This document shows positions 1 to 14,277 of a stretch of 64,000 bases of DNA, one piece after another. How positions within the stretch are numbered: position 1 is the stretch's first letter; each line of letters starts with the position of its first letter. Below the pieces are notes generated by a model. That model was not told the DNA's origin. It saw only the letters and a list, made by a program, of their open reading frames with translations, and ran no database searches. The stretch comes from Vicugna vicugna. Lineage: Eukaryota. The stretch spans positions 1,635,523 to 1,699,522 of the forward strand of contig MU058463.1 in assembly GCA_013265495.1 (NCBI GenBank), in the 5' to 3' direction. A program made the translations under genes and the position numbers.

Positions 1-230
1 TTCATTCATTCACTTATGTCACTCTTCTTGGGGGAGTTCAAAACACCAGAAAATGATCTGTTTGTTCTTCTCCATCTATTATATCTGCTGATCTGTCATC
101 ACGTTAATCTTGCAGAAGAGGTAACCCAGGACCTCAGATGGGGAACCCTCGTGGTGCACCAAACACACTGCATTGGCTGAAGTATGGCAAGAAAATTGCT
201 ATGCCTACCTACCCAGACACCTCATGTCCT

Positions 231-256
231 CTTCTGCACTGAGCTTCTGCACTGAG
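231..256. repeat. 13-bp tandem duplication (CTTCTGCACTGAG)x2
   Basis: Read directly from the sequence. Confidence 0.9.
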
Positions 257-268
257 CTTTGAATCTTT

Positions 269-536
269 CTTTTTTAATTTTTATCAAGGTATAGTTGATG
301 TACAATATTATATAAGTTTCAGGTGTACAACACAGTGATTCACAATGTTTGAAGATTATGCTTTATTTATAGTTATTATAAAATGTTGGCTACAGTCCCT
401 GTGCAGTACAGCATATCCTTACAGCTTATTTATTTTATACATAGTAGTTTGTGCCTCTCAATCCCCTACCCCTATGTTGCCCCTCCCCTCTTCCGTCTCC
501 CCACAGGTAACCACTAGTGTGTTCTCTACAGGATCC
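269..536 (-). mobile_element. L1 3'-end fragment (5'-truncated)
   Basis: T-rich tail followed by ...ATAGTTGATGTACAATATTATATAAGTTTCAGGTGTACAAC..., typical of an L1 3'UTR in antisense. TSD TGAATCTTT at 260-268 and 537-545. Confidence 0.8.
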
Positions 537-2218
537 TGAATCTTTTGGGTTCTTGGTAATTCTATTCTCCCTTTAGTCATTTTTATCAGAAACAGCACAG
601 AGAGAAAATGGAAAAAAGGCAACAGCAGTGGTTTTTTCATAACCATAAAAGGCTATCTGGTTGAAGATCTTCTGACTGTTTGCTTGCTTTCTATTGCCAA
701 ACAGCACAACATTTATTAAAATATGCCAAAAGCCAAATAGGCTGGTTGGTGGCTACAAAGTTAATTTAAGGAGCTGAAGTAGGAAGAGTACAGGACTGGA
801 GAGCCATGAGAATCACTTTCTGAGGAAAACCAAACAGCCAGAAAAGCACTGGAGCCTGAAGCCTTTGAAACCCTGCTACTCTGCTGGAAATCAGCGCAAA
901 CCTAGGGAGGGAGCTGTGCTAACACACCTGTCACACTTACCTTTGAACATTAGCATATCAAAAGCAGTATCAGCAATGGGTTACCAACATCAAAAATCAA
1001 CGTGAGTCAGGAGCACTAATGTACTAATAATCAGACTTAGAAACTGCTGTGTTGATTTTTATCATCAACTGCGTAGTCTACTTCCTATCAGTCACTTTCA
1101 TTCAAGTTCCTAAAGGCTGTCTTAGTTTTCAAAAAAAAAGGTTAAAGATTTTCCTTTATATGTTCACTGTTTTCTAAATCACCCCCTTGATGAGCTAGAT
1201 TTGACCCTTTCATACAAAGCAATCCTTCTGCCTGGCTTTCAACAGCGGGTCCCAGTAGCAGCAGCAGAGGGAGGTGGCGACCTCCCAGTTAGCAGGTCTC
1301 TCCCGCCTGACCCTCCATAAGAACTATGGGGGCGTTTGCTCACTGTCAGGCAAAGTCCTATGCTGATGATGTTTCAAGCCTGATCTCCCTGCTGGCTCAT
1401 CTTATAGAAAAACTCAGCCACTGTCAGCAAGTGGATTTAACATTTTCAAGGAGATTTACAATCAAAAAAAAAAAAAAAGCTTTTTGCATGTTTTTACAGC
1501 TTGAAAAACACTTTAACAATTTGTACATTACTTCTTACATAAATTCTACCTTGCTTTACCTAATTGCATTCATGACAATATCTATAACAATCTCCCATAT
1601 GTGAAAATAAATGACTACTTCAGCTTTGACAGAGATTTTGTATATTGTATATTTATATATTATATATGTGAAGTAGATATTTCTACCCCTTTTTTAAAGG
1701 TAAGGAAAAAGAAGGAAAACTTGGACTCAGGTTTTCTGAGCAAGTCTACCAAGCTTTTCACCTCTACTCAGAAAATAAGAAGAACCACTTAGATTTTCAT
1801 AACACTTGGAAATATTTAAAGAAGTTCGCATGCATGATCTCATCTGATCCTAGATATCTGCTATGATGTAGGCAGAACAAAGTAATGGTTCTCCATTTTA
1901 TAGATGTAAAAACCAAGGAGGGTCGGGGTGAGGGGTAAAATGATTTACCTAAGAATAAACACCTTTCAATTGGCAAACTCAGAGCTGGACGCCAGGCATT
2001 GAGACTCCTCTCTCGTCATATTACCGTCTGCTGTATCAGAGTGTGAACTGCCTCTTAGTCAAACATCTCAGTTTATCTAATTATATTTGTGATAAACAGT
2101 TTTGCCTCTGTGCATGAAGAAAACTGGACTACTTTGGATTTTATGGGGATTTGGGGATATTTTCACAGGAATAAAACTTCTTTTGAAGAGTTCTGCTCAA
2201 TAGGACCTAAAATGGTGA

Positions 2219-2243
2219 ATGATGATGATGATGATGATGATGA
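2219..2243. repeat. (GAT)n microsatellite, about 8 units
   Basis: Read directly from the sequence. Confidence 0.95.
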
Positions 2244-4542
2244 AAGAGTAAAAATAACTGTCAACTATTTCCAATGTCTTTGTGTAATTCTGTTAAGCTT
2301 TCCAATCATGGAAATTTATGCCCAACCTGTTTAAAATACAGTTAAGTGTGAGGTTTTTTGGTTTTGCTTTAGTTAGGGTTTTGGGGGTTTGTTTTTTTTT
2401 TCTCCCACAGAGTTGATTGTTGCATTGTGAACATTACAGATTAACATTAGAGAAGATGTCTTTAAATAACTCACTAAACTTTAATTTTAAAAATTAATTC
2501 TTTGAAAAAATTGTCATAAAATACTTTGTAGACATAGGAAAACTGTGTCGACTGGTTTAGATGAGCTCGGATCATTCCATATATACACTCATCTCTTTTT
2601 GACATGGAGAAGGTGATATCACAGTTATTGTAAAATGATGTAAAGATGGGGTCCAAACAGTTTCCTCCATTTAATTTTCTACTATAACAAAAACAGTGTG
2701 TACTTCAGCTCCATGTGGTATCACGTGGAAATCTAAACATCTCTGAAATTTGCTTGATTTAGTAGGAAGAGGGCAGATAGCTTGCCTTCATTGAATAAAA
2801 ATACAACTGTGACTCAGAGGGTTTAAAAAATTCTCCCCAAAGATTATTATCATTGAATATGAGGACATTTCAGAAGGATAATGAGGGGATAACAGTCTCC
2901 TCTTTTGTTAGAAAGGTAAGCTTTATTCCTGCCAAAATGAATTCTTATTTCTCCCCAGAATGGTGTGTGTGTATGGAAATATTTTAAATATTTTGCCAAC
3001 TACTGGATACTAGTCACATACAATTTTTTGTTTTATCATTATCTTATTAGGGAGTTAAGAGTATCTCACTTGTTTGGTTCCCTTTAGCATTTAGCGTCTG
3101 ATTACTAGGCAATAGAGCTTCATGGATAATAAAGATGAAATCTCCAACGAATTTTTTTAAAGAGGGAAAAAAAAACTCCAGCTATGCCGAAGTTCTGAGA
3201 ATTCCATGTTGAGCAACAAAGCCACTGGCTTTGAATCAGTGCCATAACTCTAGCACCTTGTGCCAGATACTACATTTACTCGGGGTCATTTGGGCAAAAG
3301 TAATGAAAAATATTAAAGCAATGTTTACAAAGCAGATATGCAATATCAATCATGTTATGTACACTGGTGATAAGAGTAAGGATTGGGTTATTTGGGAGAA
3401 AAGGGACATTTTCTCTTAAGTAGTGGAAAATTACCAGTAGACAGTGTGAGTTCTCTACTTAACTTTATTTCTTTATTCTTTCTTCATGCAGTGTCACTGT
3501 AAATCATTATGATAGCAAAAAAAAAAAAAAGAGGTATCAAAAATGTTTTCTAGAAGTGATCTGAGAGTCAAAGAAACATGGTGATATACTATAAATTACA
3601 TGCTGCCCAGTCTGTTATTTCTATGATGAAATAAATGGGCAAAGTGTGAGCAATAATTATGCTCAGAAAATGCTTATCAGCTGCCCTCAAGTGGAAGACT
3701 GCAATCCACTCAGACCTCTCCCAGTCTTACTCTGATAACAAATTCTAAGGCTTACAATTATAAGTGAACACCCAGCAGTTCTGCTTAGCAATATAATCCT
3801 AAACCCTAGATCCACCACTAGGTTCAAGTTGAAAGTTGTCTTATGGCTCCAAACGTAGTTTTCTTTGAAGTCCACTGAGCTGTTGCTGTTCTTCGAACCC
3901 AACTTACTTGCTTCAGCCTAGGGACTGGCTTTGATGTTTATTCAGTAATCATTTAGTTGAGTCCTTAATTCCCTACCAGACTCTCACATCTGCTCAGAGC
4001 AAGCATTACCTTATTTCCTATTCCCAAAGTGAATGCCATTTCCTTTAAAGGGGGGCTCTAAATGCTTATTAATCCCTGGTCCAACCCGCAAAAGCCTAAG
4101 TAATCCATGGCACACCTAAAAGTAGTATTGAACTACTTCCAGCAACCCCTTTTGCCATTTTCTTTCCACCTGAGAAATGTACTGAATCCTACTGGAGGAG
4201 CCAGGAAAGAAAGTCTTCCCTTGATGGTAACAGAAACCTTTACCTATTTTTGAAGGGAGAGAAGTAGAACTAAGCTTACCACCTACACTGTTCCCCCGAG
4301 CACTTCACACAGGTGATCTCATCTAATCCCCAGGTAGACTTTACATAGATCTTACAAATGGGGAAATTGAGGCCCAAAGTGTAAAAAGAGTAAGTGATCA
4401 AATCAGGATTCACACTGTTAACAATCTAATTTCATAGTCCACCCTCCTTCCCAGAATACCCTCCTGCCTTTCAAAAGAAAAGGCCAGGTCTAAATCAACC
4501 ACTGCTTGGGTGTTCTAAGTGAGGACAAAGAGAAATTACGCC

Positions 4543-4932
4543 TGCTTTATGGGCTGAACTGTGTTCCCTCAAAGCCACATGTTGAAGTCCTAAACCCAAT
4601 ACCTCAGAATGGGACTGTATGTGGAGAGAGGGCCTTTAAAGAGGTAATTAAATTGAAATGAGCCCACATTAGGGTGGGTTCTGATGCAAGGTGACTGGAG
4701 TCCTTACAAGAAGAGATTAGGACACACAGAGAGACACAGGAAGAAAGATCATGGGGAACCACTGCAAGAAGGTAGCTGTCTTCAATCCAAGGAGAGAGGC
4801 CTTGGAGGAAATCAACCTTATCAACACCTTGATCTTGAACTTCCAGCCTCCAGAAATGTGAGAGAGGACTTTCTGTTGTACAAGCCGCCTAGTCTGCGGT
4901 ATTTGGCTGCAGCAGAATTAGCAAACCAATCC
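4543..4932 (+). mobile_element. MaLR solo LTR, MLT1 family (MLT1B-like)
   Basis: Hallmarks TATGGGCTGAACTGTG..GTTGAAGTCCTAA..CCTCAGAATG and CACCTTGATCTTGAACTTCCAGCCTCCAGAA. Confidence 0.85.
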
Positions 4933-5249
4933 CCATGGCAAGTAGGGCTGGATCTCCTACCCAGTCATGTGGGATGAGTTATCTTGAGGCCCTTGTTGAA
5001 TAATGCAATTCATTTTTTTCTAGGGTTGAGGTCTGATTCCTCTAGCGCTTTCTGTTGGAAACACAGCAGTCTAACTTCTATTAGGTCCTCAAGTATTTTC
5101 CTTAGGCACAGGAAACCACATCAACGTATGGGATTGGAGCTAAAGATATAAAGTGAACATGACCGAGACATGTGCAACATACCTGATATGACTGGCACCC
5201 TCCCAGGCTGTGGGACAACTCAGCTTCCCCCCTGAAAGGTGAAAGTGTG

Positions 5250-5783
5250 GTAGGCTGGAGGTTAAGCTCTATAAAAACTCATAAACAACAAGATTTGATA
5301 AGCTCCTAGTTTGGCGATCATGTGAAGTTGCTGGGAAGGTGTACCACCCAAGAGGGCATGGAAGCTCCACACACCTTGTCCCACACCTGGCCCTAAGCAT
5401 CTCTTCCATCTAGTTGTTCCTGAGTTGTATCCTTTTGTAATAAATCAGCAAATGTAAGTAAACACTTCTCTGGGTTCTGTGAGCCATTCTAGCAAATTAT
5501 CAGACCTAAAGGAGTGGGTCATGAGAAGCCCGGTTGGTCAGAAGTACAGGTGAAAATCTGGACTTGGTGATTGGCTTCTGAGGTGCAGACAGTCTTGTGG
5601 GAATGAGCTCTTGGCTTGGGGGATTTAACATTATCTCCAGGTAGATAGTGTTGGAATTAAGCTAAATTTATTGGACATAGTGTCCACTGAGAACTGAAGA
5701 AATACTTAGTGTGAGAAAAATTCACACTTCTAGTGTCAGAAGTATTAACAGCAGGGGAGAAAAATTAAGTTTTCTTTTCCATA
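5250..5783 (+). mobile_element. MER21-like LTR (start approximate)
   Basis: GAGGGCATGGAAGCTCC..CATCTCTTCCATCT..CCTGAGTTGTATCCTTT..AATAAA..GTTCTGTGAGCCATTCTAGCAAATTATC..GGTTGGTCAGAAGTACAGGTG resembles MER21. Confidence 0.7.
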
Positions 5784-6287
5784 ACCCCCCCAAAAAACCC
5801 AAGACTTCGAACCTCACTGATCTCCCACTGCCCTCTGCAAAGAGAATGAACTACAGCTGGGTAAGGTCCCTGGCATTCTTCCAGGATACACTCATTCTCT
5901 TGAAGAGAAAGGTCTGTTCAGGGGCAGGAGAAAGTGCCAGGGGTCCTGCTACACACTGCACTTGCCACAGTGTTGAGCCTCAGAGGCTCACATTCTTCTC
6001 CTTCATCTGCGTGCTTTGTTTAATAGTTAGGATGCAGGATGAAATATTGAATAAGTACCTGAGACCCATTGCCTTCTTCTACATTACCCATCCTGATATG
6101 CCTGGTGATCTTAAATTAGCACGTTGGCTTTTTGTTTTCTCTAGTGCACACAGAAGTTGACCTGGTAAACCATTTCCTCATCCATCTGATCCAACCCTCT
6201 GGTGTGGTGGGAGGATATGGCGGTGCTAGAGTTATTACTGGATTTTTAAAATTTCTTTCCAAAAGGTAGGGTAGGGCAAATCATTAT

Positions 6288-6596
6288 TTTTCTTTCTTTT
6301 TTAATTTAATTGAAGTATAGTCAGTTCACAATGTTATGTCAATTTCTGGTATACAGATTATTGTATCTACATATATTCCATTTCATATTCATTTTCATTA
6401 TTGGTTAATACGAGATACCGATTATAGTTCCCTGTGCTATACAGGAGAAACCTGTTATCTACTTTATATACAGTAGTTAGTATCTGCAAATCTCGAACTC
6501 TGTATTTAGCCCTTCCCACCCCCTTTCCTCCCCGTAACTGTAAGTTCGTTTTCTAGGTCTGTGAGTCTGTTTTTGTTTTGTAAATAAGTTCATTTG
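6288..6596 (-). mobile_element. L1 3'-end fragment (lineage-specific type)
   Basis: TTGAAGTATAGTCAGTTCACAATGTTATGTCAATTTCTGG is the reverse complement of the tail seen at 13.7, 14.4, 25.5 and 54.8 kb. Confidence 0.85.
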
Positions 6597-8599
6597 TTCA
6601 GATATTGAAGAAAGTGTAAACCCTAGTCCCCTCCCCAGCTGGTTGTTATGGGAGCGGGGGCGAGAGTTGACTTGCAAGGGCTCGTGCTGGGATTCATAGG
6701 GCGTCACCCTGCCAAGCGCCAGTGTGTTGCCCACGGTCTGCCCCTGGCCCCGGGCAGTCACCCTAAGTGAAGAGCATGTCCTGGGCCCTGTGGCAGAGGC
6801 ACAGAGGGCAGGAGAGAGATCAGAGGGGAAAGCCAGCCCTCAGTGCAATCATCAGCTTGCTGTCTCTTGCCAAGGGAAGAGTCTGGTCATGCACCATTTT
6901 CTTGGTGCCCTGGACAAGCTAAATGGAAATGCCAGGGCAGCCAAGAAATGCTTCCATTCATGATCAAGACGGGAAAGATGACTCAGCCTCTGAGGGAAAT
7001 GCCTTTTCCCAGATTCAAAGGGAAACTGCCAGACTAATGTCCACTTGCCTGATATCACTAATACTTGGGCATCAACTTTACTGCACTTGAACTCAAACTT
7101 TTATTCCAAATGATCAGTGTCATAGTTTTTAGAAAAGCATGTTCCTTTATTAAAAATCAATTGCCACCTGCCATTCTTATTTTTCCTCCTTAATGTTAAG
7201 GAGTGAACTAAGTTCTCTTTAGGCCCTCAGGGCAGGAAGGTATCTCTATTCTGGCAAAGGAGACAGTCCCCACCCTCCTTTCTCTCCTTTGGCCCTGGCC
7301 AAGGCTGCTAGCAGGAACTCCACAGTTAAAAAAAATACCACTCGAGAAGCCAAGAAGCCGTGTACAGATACCCGCTTCAGGGGTGCTGAGCGTGGCCACT
7401 GCCGGAGGGCCAAGCAGCTGCCCCTGACAGCTCCAGCCCCCCAGCAGCCCCAGACACTCCCTCCCAATGGGAAATGCGGCCAAGAACGTTTGTGGAGCCA
7501 AGTAAGGTGATGCGGAAAGCAAAGTAGCTACACAGTTCTCTAGGGAAGTCTGGAGAGGAAGCCGAGGAAGGGATGGAGAGCAGCTCGCTGGGTATTTATC
7601 CTATAATAGGAGAAAAGGTGCTCCTACTGCGATTCTTAAAAAGTCAGAGTTTCTTACAAAAGTCTCATTTACAAATGTGTACTCTTTTTTCCTCTCACAC
7701 AACAGGGAACAGAAAAAAAAAAGATTGTGAAATAACATCTCCCAAGTCTTGGAACCTCTGAGACTGGGATTAAAACAGACGGAGAGGAGAGATGGTCTAC
7801 TTTCACTCCTAAAAACTCCTATTTCTAATCCACACACAAGAACCAAGAAACTAGAAAAACAATAGGCAATAAAATCTGGTACTACCCATTGTTACTTGCA
7901 GGAAAAAAAAATCTCGTTTAAAAATAGACTTAGCTTAAATCTGAAATATCTTACTATATACTTCTCATAAATTAGAATCTAGAGCAAAGAAAAGCAAATG
8001 GAAAATAATTTTAACAAACAGGCAACGTAGGGTTTTACAGTAATATGTTACCTTCAGAACAGCATTAACATCCATTTATCAGACACACAAGGAAATTTAA
8101 CTGGACATGTGAAAAAATGATTGATTCTACCCACTTCTGAAAAATAATGAATGGCATTCGTTAACATTTTGATAGCCAAATAGTAAATTTTTCTTCTATA
8201 AAATTGAACAGCAATTTAAAGTTGATTATATTGCCCACTGTTATTATAATTTACGGTTGGCAATCCCGTATATATGTGACAGCAACAGGCACTCCCTGAG
8301 GAGCTTACACATGGACAGTCCCTTCCACGTGTACACCGAGTAAAAACATTTTCAAATAATGCCACCCAAATACACGTACTATAAAATGTCAGATGCTGAA
8401 TTTAAAAGTTGATTTTCACTTTTTAAAGTTGTTTTTATTTTATTTCTTTTTTCCAGGCTTCCTCTTTTAAGCTCTTTTTGTGTGTGCATTTTTCTGTTTT
8501 AAAAATAACGTAAGTAATAGCATTTCATGACACACATTTAAACAGTCCCAGAATATGCAATGGTGGACAAGGAAAGTCCCCAGCAAGATCACTAATCAA

Positions 8600-8822
8600 A
8601 TCAGTCTGGTGGTTTCCACACCGACATCGGCTTTAGACTGCCTACATTCAAGTCCCAACTCAGATACTTGCTACCAGCGCAATGCTGGTGGAGTTATTTG
8701 TCTCCATAAAAAGAGACAGAAATAATGTTCCTCAAAATGTGGTGAATATTGAATAAAATCATCCACATAAAACACAGAGTACAGCTCCCAGCTATCCTAA
8801 GAGCCCAATAAACGTTAGCTTA
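8600..8822 (+). mobile_element. MIR SINE
   Basis: Degenerate MIR: AGACTGCCT..TTCAAGTCCCAACTC..ACTTGCTA, ending CAATAAACGTTAGCT. Confidence 0.65.
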
Positions 8823-9498
8823 TCAGCAGCAGCATCATCACCACCATCATCATTAGTATCATTATGTTTAATGGGCAACTACCTTCAATGGCTTCATTTA
8901 ATTTTCAGTTACTTCACTACTCTTAGTGGCTTGAAGATCTTCCCAATTCACTTCCTCCTGACAGACACTCAGGCCTATTGCTGTGAATTCACAGGAACTA
9001 AATTCTGTCAATTGCAACTAAAGCCCAGAACACATAGGGGCAGGAAATTAAGACAATCTCTGCTCTTTTTCTCTGCAAACTGCTAGAATTTCCCTACTCA
9101 TCAAGCATTCATTTACGGTCCCTGGGATAGTTTTGTTTGCAAGTGGATTTTCCTGGACAATTTTGGCATAGATTAGAAAAGGTTTGTGCAAATAGATCAT
9201 TCTCAGTTGGTATGGTAAAGGAATCTACCTTCTCAAATTCAATCTGCCCCTCAAATTCAACATGTCCTCCAGCCCCATGGATTCCCCCAATAACGCATTC
9301 ACCCCCTCCACTCCACTCATGACCCACGAATTGCTCGCTCCCTTTCTCATAATCCCTTTTGACTGTAATACCTTGAAAAAAACCTAAGGCTGGCATTTCA
9401 GCTTGGATGCCTAATGCCTGGCGTGCTCTGACACTCCCCTAGTCTAGAGGTTGCTAATGTGGGCAGTGCACGACAATCTATTGCAGCGCATGTTTCTA

Positions 9499-10287
9499 CA
9501 GTCCGTTCTGCTAGAACGCTTGTTTTGAAAAGGTGAATTTGTTCCAACGTGACTGATAAATTAGGGACAATTTTAGCACAACACTAATTTTGGATCTGCT
9601 TGTGCCAATTTCATCACCAGGCCAACTCAGAAAACCACACCCAACTGCACTGAGCTTCACACAAATCAACAAGATGCGTGCATGCACACACGTCTCCAGG
9701 ACGACGAGCTCTCCATTTGCTGTTCCATTTACTATTGCAATTTCTACATGTGCTGTTCCAACTTCCCGTCCGATTTTAGGTAACCTCCTTCCAACAGCTC
9801 AGAAGCCAACCGCAACCCTGCTGACTGGCTGCTCGCCCCATGCACTCTCTCTGCTCTTTCATTGTTTTGCCCTCTGTCCTCTCAGCCTATTTTGTGTTTC
9901 TCCTCTCTGCATTTTCTCTCTCTTTATTTCTCTTTCCCTCACTCTTCCTACTTCCCTAACATCCTCTTCCTCTGGCACACAGGGCGGTGGCCCTGGGGCC
10001 AGGGCAAGCATGGGAGAAAAGCAATTGCAGGAACGCCCACTCCCACAGACAGATGAGATGTGTTGAGGGTCAAGTGCCATATTTATCATAATACTGATAT
10101 ATTTCTTTACCTTTCACCATGGATAAAACTGTGCTACTGTTTTTATTACATTCCTATCTTTTTTACATCTCACTGATGACATTTTTGAGTGTTTACTCCA
10201 ATCCCAGTCCTGTAGTTTCTATTGCATGATTTTGCACAGCATGGTGAGTCTTAGGAAGACAAGTGTTGGGTTTAGCAAAACTGACAG
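9499..10287 (-). mobile_element. TcMar-Tigger non-autonomous DNA transposon (Tigger13a-like)
   Basis: Imperfect terminal inverted repeats TA|CAGTCCGTTCTGCTA ... TAGCAAAACTGACAG. The right end resembles the reverse complement of the Tigger13a 5' end as recalled. Confidence 0.65.
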
Positions 10288-10377
10288 CATCTATCTGTCT
10301 ATGATTTATTGAGCTTCTAGTAGATTTTCAAAGGAATGCATTATTACTCAAAAAAGTTGAAAAACTATTGGTCTATT

Positions 10378-10660
10378 AGAGTTTTGCCCAATGGAAATGA
10401 GTCACATATGTAAAGTTAACGTTTTTAGGTGGTGAAAAAATAAAAAGAAACAGAAATTAATTAAAGTAAATCAATTTGAATAATATTTTATTTAACCCAA
10501 CCATTGTCATTTCAATATATAATCAATATGAAAATATACAAATGAGCGAGTTCACAGTCTTCTTTTTTCTTCTACTAAGTCTTTAAAATCTAGTGTATAT
10601 TACACATTTCAAGTGCTCAACAGCTCCTTGTGACTAATGGCTGCTGTTAACAGGGAAGGT
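10378..10660. mobile_element. hAT-Charlie MITE (MER33-like)
   Basis: GAGTCACATATGTAA..TATTTAACCCAA..ACTAAGTCTTTAAAATCTAGTGTATATT..CACATTTCAAGTGCTCAA. Confidence 0.7.
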
Positions 10661-13425
10661 AGGTCTAAAGAATTCCATCTCTCTAGCTAGAAGAGAATGG
10701 AAGGCAAGGAGGAAGATACCTAATTCACACTTTTTTTCTCAGATAATACAAGTAAAGTAAAAAGACAGCTTTGGTTAAAAGAGCTTGAAATAAATCCACC
10801 AGCCCTCATATGCTTCCTAGCCTGACTTAGTTCAATGCCTTGCATAGTGTCAGATGTGATGTGGTCCAAGGATGGGGAAAATGTGCATCCACCTAAATAC
10901 ATGATCTAGTCCATGGGGGAACTCCTGGGGAATACAGAGGGAGTTTTCTCTTTCCAAATTGCCTCTCCTGGACTATGAGGCTTATGGGCATATGAGCACT
11001 CTTTGACTAAGTTCTTTTAACAATAAGAAGCATGGCTTGTAGAGTAGCTTCTGTGAACAAAACAAGAAAAAGAAACACATTTAATTTTTAAGTTGATGTG
11101 TATAGGACTAAAAACGCATAAAGAATTTATTCATAAAGAAATCAATTCATAAAGAACCCATTTTAGAAATGTAGACCTTCAACGAAAAGTTTCCTACATT
11201 CGGCTGCTCCCACAGGTATCAATTTGATTATCATTAGCAAAACACACTCAGTTTTCTGAACGTTTTTAGGGCAATCTTTTCTTCAAGGGAAATACTATGC
11301 GAAAGCCAAATATGTAGAATCAAAGCTCCCTTCCATCTCCCACCCTCATGTAGAAACTCAGTGGATTTGCTACAGCTTTTTGGAGCATCATTGGGAAAAA
11401 ACAAATAAAACCCTAACATCTCTGTCACTTAGAATAATCTGGGTAGAAAATTAAGTTAAACTTTTAGGAAAATGCAAAAGATCTGAAAAAACAGTCCTGC
11501 ACTTAAGAAACTTAAAATATGTCATCTAAAGGGACAGAACTAAAAACAAATACATAAAAAATTAGAGAACAATTATGTGGGACTGATGGTGAATATTCAA
11601 GTTGTTTGAAGAAGGGGTGTTCTGGTCTTTTTAATTCCTAACATCTAATGCAGAGTGACTTTATAAGTCGGCTAAGTGGGCATTAGCCCGTATATCATGA
11701 TTTGAGATGCAAGGGGCATGACCTCCCATCCAATGGGAGATTTTAGGAGATGTCCAATATCATCTCCTAAAATTCCCACTCTGGGCTGTTATCTGTGTGG
11801 CTTGTAGGTTTTAAGTGAACATGCACTTGTGGGCAAACCTTCCACAGATTCAGGATGAAGGAATTTGTTAGCACATTGGGTTCAGTATCAAATCAGCCTT
11901 GACCCTAACTTCTCGGATTTCACGATCCAGGCCGGGGATCCTGGCAGAAATCCTCCTGTCCTCAGATCCTAGCTGCAGCAACTGAATCTTGTCTTTGCTC
12001 TGATGCATTGCCTGGTACTACAGGTCCTGCAGCACTGGAATCCTAGAATGTGTACACCTTCAATATACCCGTATGCCCAACACTCATCACTCTGCCCACT
12101 CTTTCCAGAGCCGAGAAATCCCATGCCCAAACTCCAGGAGCTGTGACTGGATCTCTGCTACTTGAAACTGCCTGTCCCTAATGTTGTCACTTGCCTCAAT
12201 GCCTACCCGGTGTTTTCCAGAGTGTTAGGAGGGTCTAACTATGGTATCTGGCTCATCAATGGTGATTAAGGTTGATTTATGAGGTCTGGCTTCCCTGAGC
12301 ACCCCTCACAAAGATGACTTTTTGAGAGGAGAGTAGTTCTTTACCCAGGAACTACAACTCCGGTTCTCCCGTGCTGAACAGCATCTCCCCTGTTCTTTCC
12401 CGCCTGTTGCCTGCAGCCCTCTTCATTCTCCACTCCATTCCCATGGGCCTGTCCATTTTCCAGAGGTGACCCTTCTCCAGATCTTACTTCATCTTACTGC
12501 AAAAGCTCTCTCCCTGAAACCTACCATTGAAAATGCTTTCTCTGAAAGCTTATTGATTCTCTAGAGCTTCCTATTAAATGCATATATATATATATATATC
12601 CCTAAGAAAAATAGTGCCATATATTCTGTCAGATAATACTATAACTGACTTTTACCTAAAGGCAAAAACTAGTAGAAGGAATTGAATATGTACAAGCAGA
12701 ATCATCACATTAAACACCATTAAGACACAGACACAGAATACCGTATTACATATAATACAGAGTATGATAAAGATTTAGGAATGAATTAATACAAGTATTT
12801 GATAAAGGAATAGTATATATGGCTCAACATACTCTGATCCAAGAAAGTCAGGATTCCCAGGGGGAAAAAATAAAGCTGATGAATTCAATGAATTCTAAGA
12901 ATCTTTACCTGTAGTTTGCATATCAATATTAACAAAAGTAAGAAATTCCCAAGAATCTTCTATATAGGAATGTATAGATTTCAGGAATGATATAACAAAA
13001 GATTTAATTTTGAAAATGTAATTGTCCAGTGATAGTCACTCTTCCATCAGGTTTGCTGACTAGTGTGAAGATACTCAAATAGCCAACTGACTACGAGATC
13101 CCATTACCGGGAGTGAGTTTTGTAAGATTAATCCTCACTCAAAAATTCCCAATAAATTAAGAATAGTTGTGTTTTATATCCTACTTTATGATATGAAAAA
13201 GGAGAAATTCATTTTTAAAAAAGATTATAATTATCTAGCCCAACTTTAGCATCACTACTAAATGTTAAAAAATAACACATTTTCACAAACTGCACTGACA
13301 ATTGCTGCCAATCAAGGATAAAACCTGTACGTGGAAAAGGTGTTTAAAGATCAAAGGATCTTTTGTAATTTTCCTGGCTGTCTTTTTCATCCTCCCAAAC
13401 TGTCCAGCAAATTCTTGCAGGCAGA

Positions 13426-13440
13426 CCAGCAGAGGGAGCA
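13426..13440 (+). promoter_or_regulatory. Candidate CTCF motif
   Basis: CCAGCAGAGGGAGCA, close to the CCAGCAGAGGGCGC variant of the core motif. Confidence 0.5.
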
Positions 13441-13541
13441 CCAACCATTGCTTTTTAGTATGCGTGCTCTAAAAACAAAAGGGACAGTGTTTACGGATCT
13501 TTAGACATTTTATCAAGATTGGCAAAAACCTTGTAAAATAC

Positions 13542-13783
13542 GGGAGGGTGGGAAGGGATAAACTGGGAGTTCGAGATTTGCAGATACTGACAAGTATATA
13601 TAAAACAGATAAACAAGTTTATACTGTATAGCACAGAGAAATACATTCAATATCTTATAGTCACTCACAGTGAAAAAGAATATGAAAATGAATATGTGTA
13701 TATTTATGTATGACTGAAGAATTGTGCTGTACACCAGAAATTGACTCAACATTGTAAGCTGACTATAACTTAATTAAAAAAAA
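13542..13783 (+). mobile_element. L1 3'-end insertion, young
   Basis: L1 3'UTR plus A-tail; perfect TSD TTGTAAAATAC at 13531-13541 and 13784-13794. Confidence 0.9.
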
Positions 13784-14277
13784 TTGTAAAATACAAATAT
13801 TATTGATGACTGCTAAATTTTCTCTTTAAGTGTTTAAATCAGTATTGAAACTTTTTCTTTATTAATATTTTAATTAAGAAAATAATACATATTTGTTGCA
13901 CAAAGTGAAACAAATCAGAAAGAAAGTTTAAAAAGTTAGTAATCTCCCGCCTCTCCTTCAGATCCTGTGTATTATAAACAGGTGTGTGTGTATCTTTTTA
14001 TATCCTCCTTATTAAAACAAGTAAAATGTATATATTTATGTATTACATTTTTAGCATATTATATGTTTATATATATCATATGTATAATATATATATTCCC
14101 CCATGTAGTAGCTTTTTACTTGCTTTTTTTATGGAATCATACTAAAAAAGCCTACCTAAGGTAGCAAAATAGCATGAAACAGCCATAAATGTACAGTGGA
14201 TTCAATAAGAAAAATCAAATAAACACAATGTTGGACCATATTAAAACCATGTATGTACAGAAGATCAAAAGCATACA

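Noticed and set aside
7270..7510. Possible exon with a pyrimidine tract and AA|GTAAGG donor
   Set aside because: No recognisable protein and no partner exons; such splice-like motifs occur by chance.
9590..10066. 158-aa ORF
   Set aside because: Lies within a Tigger-like relic and a CT-rich low-complexity tract; non-ATG start.
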